This document shows positions 25,909 to 40,478 of a stretch of DNA of 64,000 bases, one piece after another; the stretch's first letter is position 1, and every line of letters begins with the position of its first letter. The notes under the pieces were generated by a model. It saw only the letters and a list, made by a program, of their open reading frames with translations, ran no database searches and was not told where the DNA came from. Source of the DNA: Octopus vulgaris (lineage: Eukaryota); NCBI GenBank assembly GCA_951406725.2, contig OX597814.1, positions 25,420,001 through 25,484,000 on the forward strand, given 5' to 3'. The translations under genes and the position numbers were made by a program.

Positions 25909-26402
25909 CATCATCATCATCATCATCATCATTTAACGTCCGCTTTCCATGCTAGTATGGGTTCGGCGATTTGACTGAGGCCTGGCAAACCAGATGGCTG
26001 CACCAGGCTCCAATCTGATCTGGCAGAGTTTCTACAGCTGGATGTCCTTCCTAATGCCAAGCACTCCGAGAGTGTAGTGGGTGCTTTTATGTGCCACCAG
26101 CACGAGGGCTGGTCAGGTGGTACTGGCAACGGCCATACTCAAATGGTGCTTTTTATGTGCCACATGCACAGTAGTCAGTCCGGCGACACTGGCAACAACC
26201 TTGCTCGAATGTTTTTTCGCATATCATCAGCACAAGTGCTAGTAAGGCAACGCAGGTAATGAGCATGCTCGAATGGTGCTTTTTATGTGCCACCAGCATA
26301 GAAGTCAGTTTGTTGCTCAGGCAACGATCATGCTCGGATGGTGCTCTTAGCGCTCCACTAGCACAGATGCCGGTCATCGAATTTGATTTCAATTTCAATT
26401 TC
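25909..26402 (-). mobile_element. SINE-like family E, long form with an internal array of ~64-bp units
   Basis: (CAT)n tail on the plus strand, Nin-like GGAAGGACATCCAGCTGTAGAAAC on minus, five diverged units at 26079-26378. Homologous to 31632-32088. Confidence 0.85.
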
Positions 26403-27799
26403 ATGATTAAACTTTTGTTGTTAGATACAATGATTATCAATAAATCTAACCCATGCCTGAATGGACAAAGAAGATGTAAAAACGATGATGATGGTCGTGA
26501 CTACAACTGGTTTTCTTCCTAGAATTTGTAATGTCATCAGTTACTGAACCCATTTGATATACTTGTTTCCGTTAATGTGTGTTAGTTGGATGACTTACAT
26601 CTGATTTCCTTTCATAATATTTTCTGTCCATGTTTTCCTCCATTTAACAACTGAAGTTAAATTTATAGACTGATACCAGTTCTCAAATATGAATGAAACC
26701 TAAGAATGCATTTCACTCCACAAATTTAATATATTAAATAGATACTAATATCTAAAGATTTGATATTTTTCTATCTGATTGTAAATGGGCAGCCTAAGAA
26801 AACTGAAAAGAAAAAAAACACATTCACTCACAGATATGGCCTGAAATAAAATATAAAGATTTATAACTAATGGAAGATATTTTATGAGTAACATTACCTA
26901 CTGGAAGTAAGTTTGGTAAAATGTTATAATTCAGAGGTCAGTTACCCCTGTGTCTTTTCCCCAAATGATCTAGCTGAAGTTTGACTAATTATTTGTTACG
27001 AGACTACAAACTCACAGATTTATAATGAATAAGAAGAAATGAGATTGTTAACATTTATACTTTTCAAAAGGTTATGAGTAATGTAAATGTAATGAAATAG
27101 TAGCAATCAAAGAATAATAAATTAATAACAGCAATAAAAAAAATTATTTTACAAGACCTCAAATTGTTTTCAAGCGGTGGTTATTGTCAATTACATTGAT
27201 CATAATAATTGATTGATTTTTTTTTTGTTTAACAACACTGCATGATTACAAAGCAAAGTCAACACCAGCAGGATGATAATAGAAAATCATTCCAATTAAT
27301 TTAAACTGAGTGGTAGGGTATTGTCTTTATTAAAGCTAAAAGAGCTAAAATTCAAAACTGACTAGCTGGGATTTGAACCTAGGTCATAGTGGGACAGAAA
27401 TATGTAGTGATAAGGCATTTAGTCTGGTGATCAACCATTTTCATCTACTTACCCCCTCATAAAATAACAATCAATTTCATTGGCAGTATGCCACAAATTT
27501 GATGGTGAAAAGTACAGTTAATTGAATATGTATGATACCTACATTCTTAACTGAAGAGAAAGGAAGGCAAAAATCAAAAGACTTCAACTGAGACTGTAAA
27601 AGACAAAATTAAATACTGTAAAGCATTTAGTCCAACACTTGACTTTTTATGCTACACCACCTACAGCAAAGATATAAAATATTGAAAATATTTTATCACT
27701 ATTTTCATTTTTCCTGAAGATAAAAGAAAATGGTGAAAAATATATTTTCTTTTTATATATATTTTTCTAAATGCTTTACCATTATAAGAGTCAGTATTT

Positions 27800-28480
27800 C
27801 TTATTTTGAAATTCCTAAAATGGCTATAGATCAAATATACACATTGTCATCTGGCATAGACTTATAATATGATGTGAGTTACTTTGATGCAAATGTAGAA
27901 TATTCTCTTACATGTCAAGGAATTTGGCAAAGGTACAGAATAGATCAAAACTATCTGAATCTTTGAAAATAATTCTTCCAGCTACAAAATTTGCTGAGAG
28001 TTTAGAAAATCTATAGCTAGCCACTTTTTATCACTGGGTCTGGCCCAGAAACAAAGCTATTCTCTTAAATGTAACACATATTGCAGATGAACATTAGAAT
28101 TAAAGGTTAAATATAATCTGAAAATAAATTATTCTAATGAATAAATATTACTTGTACTGTTACCAGCAATGGGGTTCAGAATTATGATGGAACCAGAGAA
28201 GTGGTTAGAACTTGCAGGAAGTGGTTACATCTTTAAAAAGATGCATCAGGAAGACTGCCATTGGATGAATCCTAACAAATCAAATTTTCCAGTTAATCCA
28301 TAATGCTAACCCTAACTTATAACAATTTATAGCAAATCTGCAGAATATTGGTTGAATGCATATAAAATACCAAAAGGAGTTGAAGAATTTAAGATGTATG
28401 TATTTATATATTTTATATTGTAATTTGTGAATAAGTGTCATCATTTGGAGATTTCTAACCGACCAGTTACTGGTTCTATG
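27800..28480 (+). mobile_element. Possible very degenerate non-LTR ORF1 (gag-like) relic
   Basis: Broken peptides (YDVSYF, NGVQNYDGTREVV) and a decayed C-x2-C-x4-H-like segment near 28418-28455. Weak. Confidence 0.2.
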
Positions 28481-28579
28481 CATTTTTGATGGTGAAAATA
28501 ACATAGGAGTAAAATGCAACTCAGTGTAGAACAAATATTTAAAAGGGCTTAATACCAACAATACAAGGTTTTGAAAACA

Positions 28580-28760
28580 CTCACATATACAAGGCTTCTG
28601 TACAGCTTCCATCTATCAAAATTTCATTAACGAGATTTTGGTAAACCAGAAGTTCTGTTTGAAATTACTTTCTTGTAGTTACAACACAGTGGAGAGAGAG
28701 AGGTCAAACTGTGAACTATGTCATTGCAAAGCAAATTTCTTAATCACACACCTACACTTG
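28580..28760 (-). mobile_element. SINE family B, degenerate 5' half
   Basis: ggcttctgtacagcttccatctatcaaaatttca...gcaaagcaaatttcttaatcacaca. Confidence 0.65.
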
Positions 28761-28964
28761 CACCCTATTTAAGGCACAAAATTACAAAGTTGTAAAAAAA
28801 ATATTTAGTCTAATTCTTCTATGTTCACAATAAGGTTGATTTACCTACCATAACAAATAAACAACATATACGGTTGACAATTCAATAAATTTTGTTTTGA
28901 ATATGTTGTTGTTTATAGTTTTAGTATGAGTAAATAATATTTGCAGGACCACTGATAAAAAATA

Positions 28965-29213
28965 AAAGGAGAAAGGTCCTTCTTGGGTCAAATAGACTCG
29001 CAGGGCCAGTTTCCCAGCTTCCACAGCATTTACATTCTCCTCCTGGATGTGATGATGCTGGTCTGTCACAGGATTACTCATTTTTGAAAGCTGAGTGAAC
29101 TGGAGCAACATAAAATGAAGTGTCTTGCTCAAGAACACAATGTGTCACCCGGTCCAGGAATTAAAACCACAATCTTACATCCAACACACAAACCACTAAG
29201 CTTTGTGTCTCCA
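28965..29213 (-). mobile_element. SINE with family C head and an alternative 3' domain
   Basis: gctgagtgaactggagcaac...gtgtcttgctcaagaacacaa matches 4980-5030; the 3' part instead resembles 5140-5212. Confidence 0.75.
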
Positions 29214-31061
29214 TGTGAGACCACTGAGATTGATAAAATTAATGCAATTGCTTCTCTCTTAGGACAACTGTGAGAGAGAAAAACATGGGTAGAAAGGGAA
29301 TAGCAAGGGCTGACAATAGGGAGAAAGGACTGGATAAAATTGGTTCAGGTAGGTTTTAGGAGGAATTAAACAGAATCTTTGATAAGAGGAGAAGAGATGG
29401 CATATTGAGTGTTAGTTGTGTGAAAGTAGTATGGAACTAGCTATCTCTGAGAAGCAAAGACTTTTAAGTGATGGTAAGAAAGTAGAAAAAATAGAACAAA
29501 ACAGAAGCTGTAGTTTGTTGGTTTGTGGATCTTCACCAATCAGCTGGATGGTCTTTTAGATTCAGTCTTCATCTGGATGTTTCTAACAAAAGTACTCCTT
29601 ATTCTCACTCATTTCTCATTGGAGAATATCTGCTTGTGTACTGAATATTTTGCAGTCTTCAAATGGAGTGTAATTTTATATTCTCTGCATTGGATGAAGA
29701 CTTACAAAGATGTATTAGATATTATAGATATAATCTGTACATCCAGACTACATTCATTTAAATAAATACACAAAAAGGAATCAAATTATTATTTCTGATA
29801 ATGCTGAAAACTGATGGTGTGACAGCACTTTATATTGTTTATGGAACCCAGTGAAGGTAACTCTGCATTCATGCTTACATGGTTGAGAAAGTTACTCATG
29901 TCCTGGGTTAATTCAATTAGCTATGCACTTCCTATACACAGTCTGTAGAGTTAGTATTTTCAAAAACAAAGTGGTGAAAGAATGGCATACTGTCATTTAT
30001 GTTATTTATTATAACAAATAAATGTGTATACACAAAATATATACATAGAACATGTATACTATATCTATCAAGAATTTGTAAGCTGACATAGATATTTGTT
30101 TACCAATAATTCAAAATATTTTAACCCATAAAATTATTTCAAACGGTATCAATACACTTCATATGAAATTAGTATGAGGTGCACTATATGGTAGGTAAGT
30201 GCACTGAACTACAAACCACATGACCATAAGTTCAAATGTTACTATGTCTATTGTCATAATCCCTGAGGAACAAAGAGAGAACTTCATGCTCCAGTAAACC
30301 TGACTGGTAACAAACAGTTTCCGCACCACAGTTGAATGGTTCATTGTTTGAAGGGCATTCACTGTAATATATTTACCTCAACAAATAAACCATTTTTCCC
30401 ATGAAATAATGAAGAAATGCATGGCAAACAGTTTTTCTTTTTTAATGTATATTTATCATTGTTCATATTTTACAATAATATCTGGTTTTATATAACTCAC
30501 TGCATTTTATTAGTTTACATGTTTTACAAACATGAAAGATATATATATATACATATACACATAGATACCATAAAATTGACATAAGTTCTGCTGTAAGAAG
30601 ATGGCAATACTAAAAGCATTTGCTTTACATCATTTTGTTATGAAGAAGCTAATCGATAAAGATTAGAAGAGAAAGCATAAAGATTGAGGAAATAACAGAA
30701 TGACTGAGACAGTTAAGAATTGCATCGAATTATTGAAAAGAATGATGTCCCAATTGTGATGAACAAAATGTTAGTGATTGGAATATTTAAAATAGAAACT
30801 GTACTGTATGCATCAATCATAATATTGGCAATGTCTAAAGAAATACATTATCATTTTATATCAAAGGTATTTGTTATCAATGTATTTATTTTGTTCTTCT
30901 TTCATATTGTAATTGGTGAACAATAGAGGAGTCTTCACTCACAGGTTTCCAGTGGGTCAATCAGTAGTTCACTGCATTTCAGACTGCAGCAGCAACAAAG
31001 GAGTGTTTGTAACTCTGCATGGAACAAATGCCGCAAGAGTTTTTGAATGAGAAGCACTGTT

Positions 31062-31094
<33 letters not shown>

Positions 31095-31095
<1 letters not shown>

Positions 31096-31631
31096 GAGAC
31101 TCTGTTACATAGGAGACATAATTAACAAGGAAGGTGGTTTTATAGAAAGTATGGTAGCCAGAGTCAGAACGAGCTGGGAAATATATTTAAGGCACTATTT
31201 CCTCCACTGGCAATAAAGTCTTCTATCTCAGAGCAAAGGGTAGAGAGCAATGAGATGTGGGCCTTGAATGTAGAAGACTTGCAAAGATTAGACAGAAATG
31301 TTGTACTGGTTGTGTAATATGTAATGCTTGGGTTCATTAACATTAGAGTACAAATGAGCTAAGAAAAATAAATTAGGAATTAAAGGAATCAGAAATTAAA
31401 GGAATACAAGAAAGAAGGCTGTGCTGGTATGAGCATCTAATGCATCAGGAGGAGGACTACTGTATAAGGAAATACTGAGCCTTCCACGTTAATGGAGCCT
31501 GTGGAAAAGGGAAGCCAAGCAACATTATGGATGAAGTGGTAAGGCTTATCTAAAAATGTTGCTTGTCACAGAGGTGACAAAGGACTGTACTCATTGGCAA
31601 GGCACAGTGCTAAAGGAGACCCAGCCACCCA
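31095..31631 (+). mobile_element. RTE-clade LINE 3' fragment
   Basis: SMVARVRTSW, EMWALNVEDLQRLDRN (cf. ETWAL..EDMRRLERNE), ERRLCWYEHLM (cf. RRLRWYGHV), VNGACGKGKP (cf. GRGRPRKTW). Confidence 0.8.
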
Positions 31632-32088
31632 CATCATTATCATCATCATCATTGTTTAACGTCTGCTTTCCATGCTAGCATGGGTTGGACGATTTGACTG
31701 GGGACTGGCGAACCAGATGGCTGCACTATGCTCCAATCTTGATCCGGCAGAGTTTCTACAGCTAGATGCCCTTCCTAATGGCAACCACTCCGAGAGTGTA
31801 GTGGGTGCTTTTACATGCCACCGGTACGAGGGCAAGTCAGGCGGTACTGGCAACGGCCATGCTCAAATGGTGTTTTTTGCATGTCACATGCACAGGAGCC
31901 AGTCCAGCGACACTGGCAACAACCTCACTTGTATGTTTTATCATGTGCCAGTAAGGCGATGCTGGTAAAGATCACGTGCAAATGGTGCTTTTTACGTGCC
32001 ACAGGCACGGAAGCTAGTTAGTCATTCTGGCAACAATCACACTCAGATGGTGCTCTTAGCACTCCACTAGCACGGATGCCAGTCATCA
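31632..32088 (-). mobile_element. SINE-like family E, long form with internal unit array
   Basis: Same organisation and unit order as 25909-26402; the third unit is shortened. Confidence 0.85.
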
Positions 32089-32879
32089 AAAACACAGTAA
32101 AATAAATTTTTACATGATTGTAGTATTTGAGGCTGAAATACATTGTAGTCTACCAAACCTGCCTTTGATGCCTTCTCACCTTGCAAAAGAGACTGTATTA
32201 GGCAGCCCTTGTCTATTCGCCCATCACATTCTTCCTTCTCCCTTTTGTATTGTCAGTCATCATTATCTCACTGATGAGCCGCTTCTATTGTCACCCATCA
32301 CCAACTCTTGCTTTTATCTCATCATTCATCCTTACTTTTATCCACCTCCAGTCACCCTCTCCTTCACTCTTAAATAACCATGCTTTCCCCATCAAATTTT
32401 TGCTCCTTTTACCTACCCATTCCTATCCTTCTGATATCATTATTCTTTCTTCTCTTCTCCTCCTCAGCCATTTGAGACACCCTGGTTATTGAGTACTTTC
32501 TACACATACACTCTTAGCCCACCTCCTAGTCATCCATTTCTGGCCTTTCTGTTGTCGCTGCTTTTTCTTTCTCCAACTCTCCTCCTTGGTCTACATATCT
32601 TAGACTAGTGAACAATGATTTATTTTTTCTGTATTGATGCACTGACAGAAACCCCTTGCCTCACACTGCACTCGCTCTACAGTAGGGGTCAGTGAACCAG
32701 GGCAAATTATTTGTTATTTGGTATTATTTACAAGGTTTTACTTGTTTATTACTGGGAATCTAGAAGTTATCAACCAAGAATGTCCTGGTGTTGTTCGTAT
32801 AGAGAGCTGTTTATGTAGTTAGGTGTAAAGGTTGGCTGGTCAGCAGATTTCTCACTAGTAAATTAATAGCTCTAGATAT

Positions 32880-33096
32880 TGCTTTCAAATTTTGGCCCAA
32901 GGTCAAAAATTTCAAGGGGGGGGGGGGCTAAGTTGATTACATCGATGCCAGTGTTCAACTTGCACCTATTTTATCAGCCCCAAAAGGGGGAAAGGAAAAG
33001 TTGACCTTGGCAGAATTTGAGCTCAGACTGTAAAGACATGAAATGCTGCTAAGCACTTTGCCCAGCATTCTTATAATTTTGTCAGCTCACCACCCT
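32880..33096 (-). mobile_element. SINE family A, degenerate
   Basis: aaagttgaccttggcagaatttgagctcaga...gtcagctcacc. Confidence 0.8.
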
Positions 33097-35044
33097 AATT
33101 GTTCTACATATTATGTAATTACTAGTTAGAACTTTTTGACCTTTGTGTTTTAGAGAGGTAAAGTTTGTGGGCTGATCTGTGAATATATGTGAAAATGGAG
33201 AATTATAAAAAAAACGTATGCATATAATTATGTATCAAAAGCGAAATTAAAAAATTCTAAACTAAGTTAATCCTCTATGGTCCTTGCATATATGTATGCA
33301 TGTGTGTGTGGGGGGGGTGAAACTAATTGTGTGTACACATAGAAGATTTTTGTGTGAAATTTTGGTTGAAAGTTGGGCAACTTAGATAGTTTCAACAATA
33401 CTTGTGTAGTGTAAAGCTTCATTGTTAGTGTTTATGTGTAATCTAGGGATAGTTCGTGGTGAAGGTGGAGGGAAGGAAAGGTGGTGAGGTAGTTTGATTC
33501 TTTGCTGATAAAAAAATTATTGGTCTGAAGTGTTTTAGTGTTTTGAAGAATTTTGTGTTTGCTGGAAGAGATTAATTCAGAGTTTCAATTCAGAATTTGA
33601 TTCCTAAATATGAGAATGTGTTAGGATTCACTAATACAAAGTCAGCAGGTTTTGTACTTAACTTGGTATTGTTGTACATATGACACTTTTTTCCAAATGA
33701 TGCTGAATGAAGTATTTTATATTTTGATGTCTATATATGTTTTGAATAGTTAGGTAACATATTTTCTGTTAGAGTTGCAAAAAGTATGCATGTGTTGGTT
33801 GTATTGTATCGTGAACTGGTTTGCAGTAAACCTTATATATGAGGCTGTAGTATTTAGTGTAGTACCTAACCCCCAAAATTTCGACTTAACAGAGATTATA
33901 CACATATAAATATATGTATGTGTGTGTATGTGTGTGTGAGTGTGTGTGTGCATGTGTGTTACAGACAATTTTCCATGTTCTCATGTGAGAGATGCACATA
34001 TAATTTTGAGGCATCGTTTTTATGGCCGTTCTGCAGGAAGGTTTAAATCATTGATAAAACTTAACTGTTTTTAAGTGTTTTTCAAGTAAGAGAATGCTCA
34101 TTCTATTTGTTTCAAAACTGCAGAGGTAACCAACAACTTGTTAAGAGAGTTATCTTAAATTTACAATCATATTTTAGTAAATTTTAGGCAAAGTACAAAA
34201 AGCAAATATTCATAATTTCTTTCTCACTTTCATGCACACACATATATATATAGACCCAAACACACATATATATGGGTATGTATAAAAGGGCTAGCAACAG
34301 GGAAAGTATCTAGCCTCAACAATCCTGCCTCAAAGTAACTCTCCATCTAAAACTAAACAAACATATATATATGTGTGTGTGTGCATACGTGTATGTGTGT
34401 GTCTGACTGTCTGTCTGTATGCATGTATGTATGTACAAACATGTAAGTATAAATATGTACATGTGTAGAAGATTCATTGCATATTTATAAGGCCAAAATA
34501 TATTTTTTATTCTGTGTATGTTTCTGTCGTTTGTGCATATATGCATATATGTATATATGTGTTTGTGTATGTACACCAAAGTGCACAAAGGGTAACTGAG
34601 TGTAATGTGGCTAGATGTATTAGAAAACCAAATAGCAGAAAAGTGTGTGCCCTTCACATTCAAATATATCACAGCATGTGAATATGTCTGTATCACAGGA
34701 CTAGGGCTCTGTTTAACACAAGGAGGTCATCATCAATCATGCATGACTCACAGAAGAGATGGAAGAAGGAAGAAGAAATAAAGAAAGAAATAGAAAGAAA
34801 AACTACAACAAAAAGAAGGAAGACAAATGTGAACAACAATGATTTTCTTCACTGGATAAGGGCTAAACATAATAGTATTAACATCAGCTCTAGTCCTTTC
34901 ACTTCTTACAATAATAAATAATAGTAAAGGTTCATTCATGAATACAAATGAGATGGCACTTCAGCTGATCTTTGTGGAAAGCTGTACAAACTTTTGTGCC
35001 GCTCTGTAACATAGGTACATCCAACCACCTCATAAATAAAGATT

Positions 35045-35142
<98 letters not shown>

Positions 35143-35829
35143 CATATACGTATATATAACACATATATATTTACGTGTTTACGTGTGTGTGTGTGTGTGT
35201 ATCAAGAAGATGAAGACCCTCAACCAATACTAATCAGAATACATAAATTTCATAATGCATTCAGATGTATACCCATGCATATATGAATGCAAATAGACAG
35301 ATAAATATGTACTGAGAATTGCAAAGGCAATCCATCTTAAGCGCTTCACGAACACTGATGAACATCTTTGTAAATTTGTACAAGTAGGCATATTAAGGAG
35401 CAAAAACACACGCACACAGACAGACACGCATACTGAAAATATTCAACATTCTCACACCTGCACACATGAATATGAGCTTATGTATTTGTGTGCATTCATA
35501 TATGTATGTGTGTATGAATGTATGTATGTATGTATGTTGTGTGTGTGTGTGTCTGTGTGTGTACATAAACACATATACATAAAGACATATATATATATAC
35601 ATACATACATACATGTATACATGTAAAGAGATACATACACACACATATATATATAAGTATGTATATGTGTACATGCATAGGTATATTGTCATCATTATCC
35701 CTATCATCATCACTTTTATATCTGCTCCTCTTTGCAAGGAGTGGTTGGCCACTACAATTTACAACAATGTTTATTGCTCCTGATGCCAACACTAAATTTC
35801 CCCTAACAACTTAGAACATGCAGTTATAT

Positions 35830-35898
<69 letters not shown>

Positions 35899-35930
35899 CA
35901 TATATATATATGTATATAAATATATGTATG

Positions 35931-35964
<34 letters not shown>

Positions 35965-36509
35965 AATATATAATCTCCCCCCTCTCTCTCTGTGAGTATG
36001 CATGTGTATGTATGTATGTATGTATGTATGTATGTATGCATGTATGTATTTATATAAGTATAATAGCAGTATTTATATCTCATAAATACAATGCAAGTAT
36101 TTCTTTCTTGCAAAGCATTTTTAGTAGTGAACTCAGTGAGGTAAAAAAAATATGTGCTGAGTAAAAATATATTCAGATATAGTGAATGGATACTAAAAAT
36201 TAGCAACAGTGTTTGATGTACTCTTACCTTTTGTATATTAAAATTCATATATATATTAATATCTTAATAAAATAGAATGCATTTCTGGTCACAACACAGC
36301 AGTAAAAGTGACTGATGTTCTACCTCCATTAGCAGCCAGGTAAAAGAATCTCCTGAGAGAATTGATCACTAATGTCCCTACTACTTAAAGAACACCGGAA
36401 ACTGGTGGAAGAAACCAAATTTTGAGAATTCTCTTGCAGTGTTTTTGATTTGTTAAAAACTGAAATTGACATTAAAATTAAAATCAAACTATGAGAATAA
36501 GAAAATGAT

Positions 36510-36711
36510 CCTTTTCACTATAGGCTTAAGACCTGAAGTTTTGGAGTAGTGAGCTAGTCAATTACATCAGTTCTAGTGCCCAACAGGTACTTATTTCATT
36601 GATCCTGAAAGGTCAACCTTGGCAGAATTTGAACTCAGAATGTAAAGCCAAAAGAAATGCCACTAAATATTTTGTCCAGCATGCTAGTGATTCTGCCAGC
36701 TCACTGCCTTA
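36510..36711 (-). mobile_element. SINE family A, degenerate
   Basis: ggtcaaccttggcagaatttgaactcagaatg...ttctgccagctcactgcc. Confidence 0.8.
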
Positions 36712-38789
36712 GAAATGAGAAAAATAATGAGATCAGAAATAATATTTTCTGAATGCAAGGAAAGTATTTGATTGTGCAGAGGGATTTTTGCAGTGAACTA
36801 AATAGTTGAGAATAATTAGCACATCCAACCTAAAATGGACCTGTTGTTTAGACTGCCTTAAACTACTGTAAACGCCTAATTAAGCACTAACTATATTGGC
36901 TAATGAAATGATCATCTGTATGGGTGGATGGTACTACCATATCACATGATTTCAATGTTAGGTGTGAATCATCAAAAAAAGTCAACTTTGCACTGAATAC
37001 CAGAACAAAAATTAGTCAAACCATTATAATAAAATAATGGCCAAACAGCCATTAATGTTTCAAAATGCCAGTAAGCTATGAATGAATTAGCTATTAACGA
37101 TAGTAGCAGTGTTTGTAATGAATAATGATTAGCATATCCAACCTAAATTGGATCTGTTGTTTTAGACTGTCTTAAGCCACTATAAATATCTAGATACTAT
37201 CTTGTCTACTATCTTACAATCTGATATTTTTTACTGAAATTCTTATCACTCCCATATACTTCAGCATGTCAGATAGCCCATTTGGGCCCTAACATTAGCA
37301 TATACCTGAATGCAGAAGTGTGATTTTCAGCCCTTGCCCAGATGAAATATAGTATTTCTATTGTACCTATGGGCCCCATCATGACTATCACCAGTTCTCT
37401 GACTTTGAACTACTATATCCTGAGAACCTAGCAAAGAGGTTAACCAAAACATACACAAACAAACACACAGACACATATGCACACTTATATGGGCTTAGAC
37501 ATTTGGTCAGCCATCCAGACCACCATATAAAATCTATGCACATAATACCCCTACATACATTCCAACACTACTAGAATAACATCCTCTCTTCCCTTCTTTT
37601 CTATACTGCTAGAAGAAGCAAAACATATTGTTTTAAATTTTTAAAGGAATTTATATTAACTAATTTTAAAATCTTGAGTTATATCATGCTGAAGAGTACA
37701 GAAAGAAGATGAAATTGTGCTATCTATGGCTACCAGAGACTTTAAGGACTTTATCTCATGAAAAGATAAAAAAATTACATGGAAATATATGTATTCTGCT
37801 TTTACTTTCGATAATGGTTTCTCAGCATAAGAAAAATAAACGTAGAAGCGTCTCTCTCCCCTTAAGCAGTAATTACCAGTAATTCCATCATGTATACATA
37901 CATACATTCATACATACATATATACATACATATGTTTAAGATATTTTATGTGCTATATATCATATGTGCTATATATCATACATGCATACATACATACATA
38001 CATACATAAATACATACATACATACATACATACATACATGTATGTACATACATACATACATACATAAATACATACATACATACATACAGAAAGTGAAAGA
38101 TACATTAAAACATGTGCATAAACAAACTTTTACATACACAAAATCACATGCATATGTGCACACACACACACACACACACATACACACGTACACACACGTA
38201 CACACATGCAGTTGCATGGTAGTAGACTTTACTTTTTTGCATGTTTTCCAATATTTCAAATGTGTTATACTTTGTCTCAAGGCTTTATTACAAGTAAAAA
38301 AAAAATTCTAAGAAAATATGAAAAAAATGTACAAAAAAGAAGTATGATTTACTAGCTAGAAGCTGAAAGATATTTACTGAAATGCATCCACAGACTTTTA
38401 TGCATGTACTTTGAAAATAGTACCTGAAACTATATTTGGATGACTGATTGAAGATAACTATTGTGACATTTTATGTACCTGTGTGTTAAATGATGTAAAC
38501 AAATACACATGTTTGTATATGAATGTGTGTTCGAGTGTGTAAGTGCTTGAGGATGACACATACATGTGTATGCCATGTTTCATACTAACACTCCAAATCT
38601 ATTATTCCAGACTAGATATACATTTGCTAGTTCAGATATTTTCTTGAGTAGTTGGCACTGGATTTTCTGATGTTCATGCTTTTCTTAGAGGCATTAAATA
38701 GAGTAAAACTGCTTCAACTAGCATCAAAAATGTGTGAAACATTCAGTTCACAAACAAGAGATTTGTTTTTGTATTGCACTGTTACTCAT

Positions 38790-39013
38790 AACGCATGGTT
38801 GTGTGGATAAAGTAGTTTGCTTCACAACCACATGGTTTCAGGTTCAGTCCCACGTGCAGTGCCTTGAGCAAATGTCTTCAGCTGTAGTGTTGGACTGACT
38901 AATGCTTTGTAAGTGAATTTGGTAGACGGAAGTGTGTAGAGGCTTATAGCGTATGTGTGTGCATCTGTGTGTAAGTGTGTGCATGTGTGTGTGTGTGTAC
39001 GTGTGAGAGAAAA

Positions 39014-39055
<42 letters not shown>

Positions 39056-39297
39056 CGTGTGTGCGTGTGTATGTATATATGTGGATTTATGTTTGTCTCC
39101 CTATCTTTAACTGTGAGGGGATGTCATGCTGAGGTACCACTCATAAGAATCTTAATCAAACAAATCCCCCCAGTATTTACTTTTTTAAACCTAGTATTTA
39201 TTCTATCAGTATCTTTTGCTGTACTGCTAAGTTACAGGGATGTAAACACACTAACACCAGTTATCAAGTGGTGGTGAGGTACCGACATAGATGCAAA

Positions 39298-39333
<36 letters not shown>

Positions 39334-39487
39334 GAGCTTCTTTCAGTTTCCCTCCACCAAATCCACTCACTAACCTTTTGTTAGCCTAAGACCATAGCAG
39401 AAAACACTTGCTCATCTGCCATGCAGTTGGACTGAACCCAGAACCATATAGTTGAAAAGTAAATTTCTTAGCACACAGCCACCTGTG
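38790..39487. mobile_element. Two family B SINE copies in opposite orientation (~38790-38950 +, ~39150-39487 -)
   Basis: ggttcagtccc...ccttgagcaaatgtcttc on plus; ggactgaacccagaacc...cacacagccac is the reversed head. Confidence 0.8.
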
Positions 39488-40071
39488 CATCTTCCAGAGT
39501 GTCTCCAAGCCAGATCGATGGATGCATGCCAAGTAGTTATTTCCTCTTTGGCATCTATCACTGGAAAGGGGGGTGCTTGTTTACATCCTCATAACTGTAG
39601 GCTGTCGACACATGCTTGTATATGTAAGGCTTTGGAAATTGTTAAAATTTTTTTTTTATATTTAGTTGATTATTTTAGTTTTGCATCTGATGGTGGATAT
39701 GACTCTTGAGTGATGGTATTTATACCATTGAATTTGGAATTTATAATACTTTTTTTTATAGTCTAGGAATAGTCTCATATGATTTTGAAATTCATTGTTT
39801 TATTCTTTCTACCATCAGCTTTTAAGACTCACAGATATTAATATCCATTATCCATTCCAATCTCCTCTATCTTGTAGATCAGTAAATTTATGCAATCACT
39901 TTCATGGTATTTTCCTTCTTTATCACAAGGATTCCACTCTTGGAAATACAAAATCCAATTCTGATATTATTAAGCAAGAATATCCAAGTGTCTCTCAGTT
40001 TTTCCATATAACTTCAGATCATTCATGAATTGTAAATGGTTAACTACTTCCTGGCCTTTTCCTAGCTTTTA

Positions 40072-40478
40072 CAGGAGTGGCTGTGTGGTAAGTAGCTTGT
40101 TTATTAACCACATGGTTCCAGGTTCAGTCCCACTGTATAGCACCTTGGGCAAGTGTCTTCTGCTATAGCCTCAGGCCGACCAAAGCCTTGTGAGTGGATT
40201 TGGTAGACGAAAACTGAAAGAAGCCTGTCGTATATATGTATATATATGTGTATGTGCGTGTATATGTTTGGGTGTCTGTGTTTGTCCCCTAGCATTGCTT
40301 GACAACTGATGCTGGTGTGTTTATGTCCCTGTCACTTAGCGGTTCGGCAAAAGAGACCGATAGAGTAAGTACTGGGCTTACAAAGAATAAGTCCCGGCAT
40401 CGAGTTGCTCAATTAAAAGGCGGTGCTCCAGCATGGCCGCAGTCAAATGACTGAAACAAGTAAAAGAGTAAAAGAGAG
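40072..40478 (+). mobile_element. SINE family B, full length, young
   Basis: A box GGAGTGGCTGTGTGG, B box GGTTCAGTCCC, CORE-like CACCTTGGGCAAGTGTCTT, central microsatellite, tail (GTAAAAGA)n. Confidence 0.92.

Noticed and set aside
26079-26378. CRISPR array
   Set aside because: Eukaryotic context, no cas genes, diverged repeats, and short variable parts related to one another. It lies inside a retroposed element and is kept as a finding under that description.
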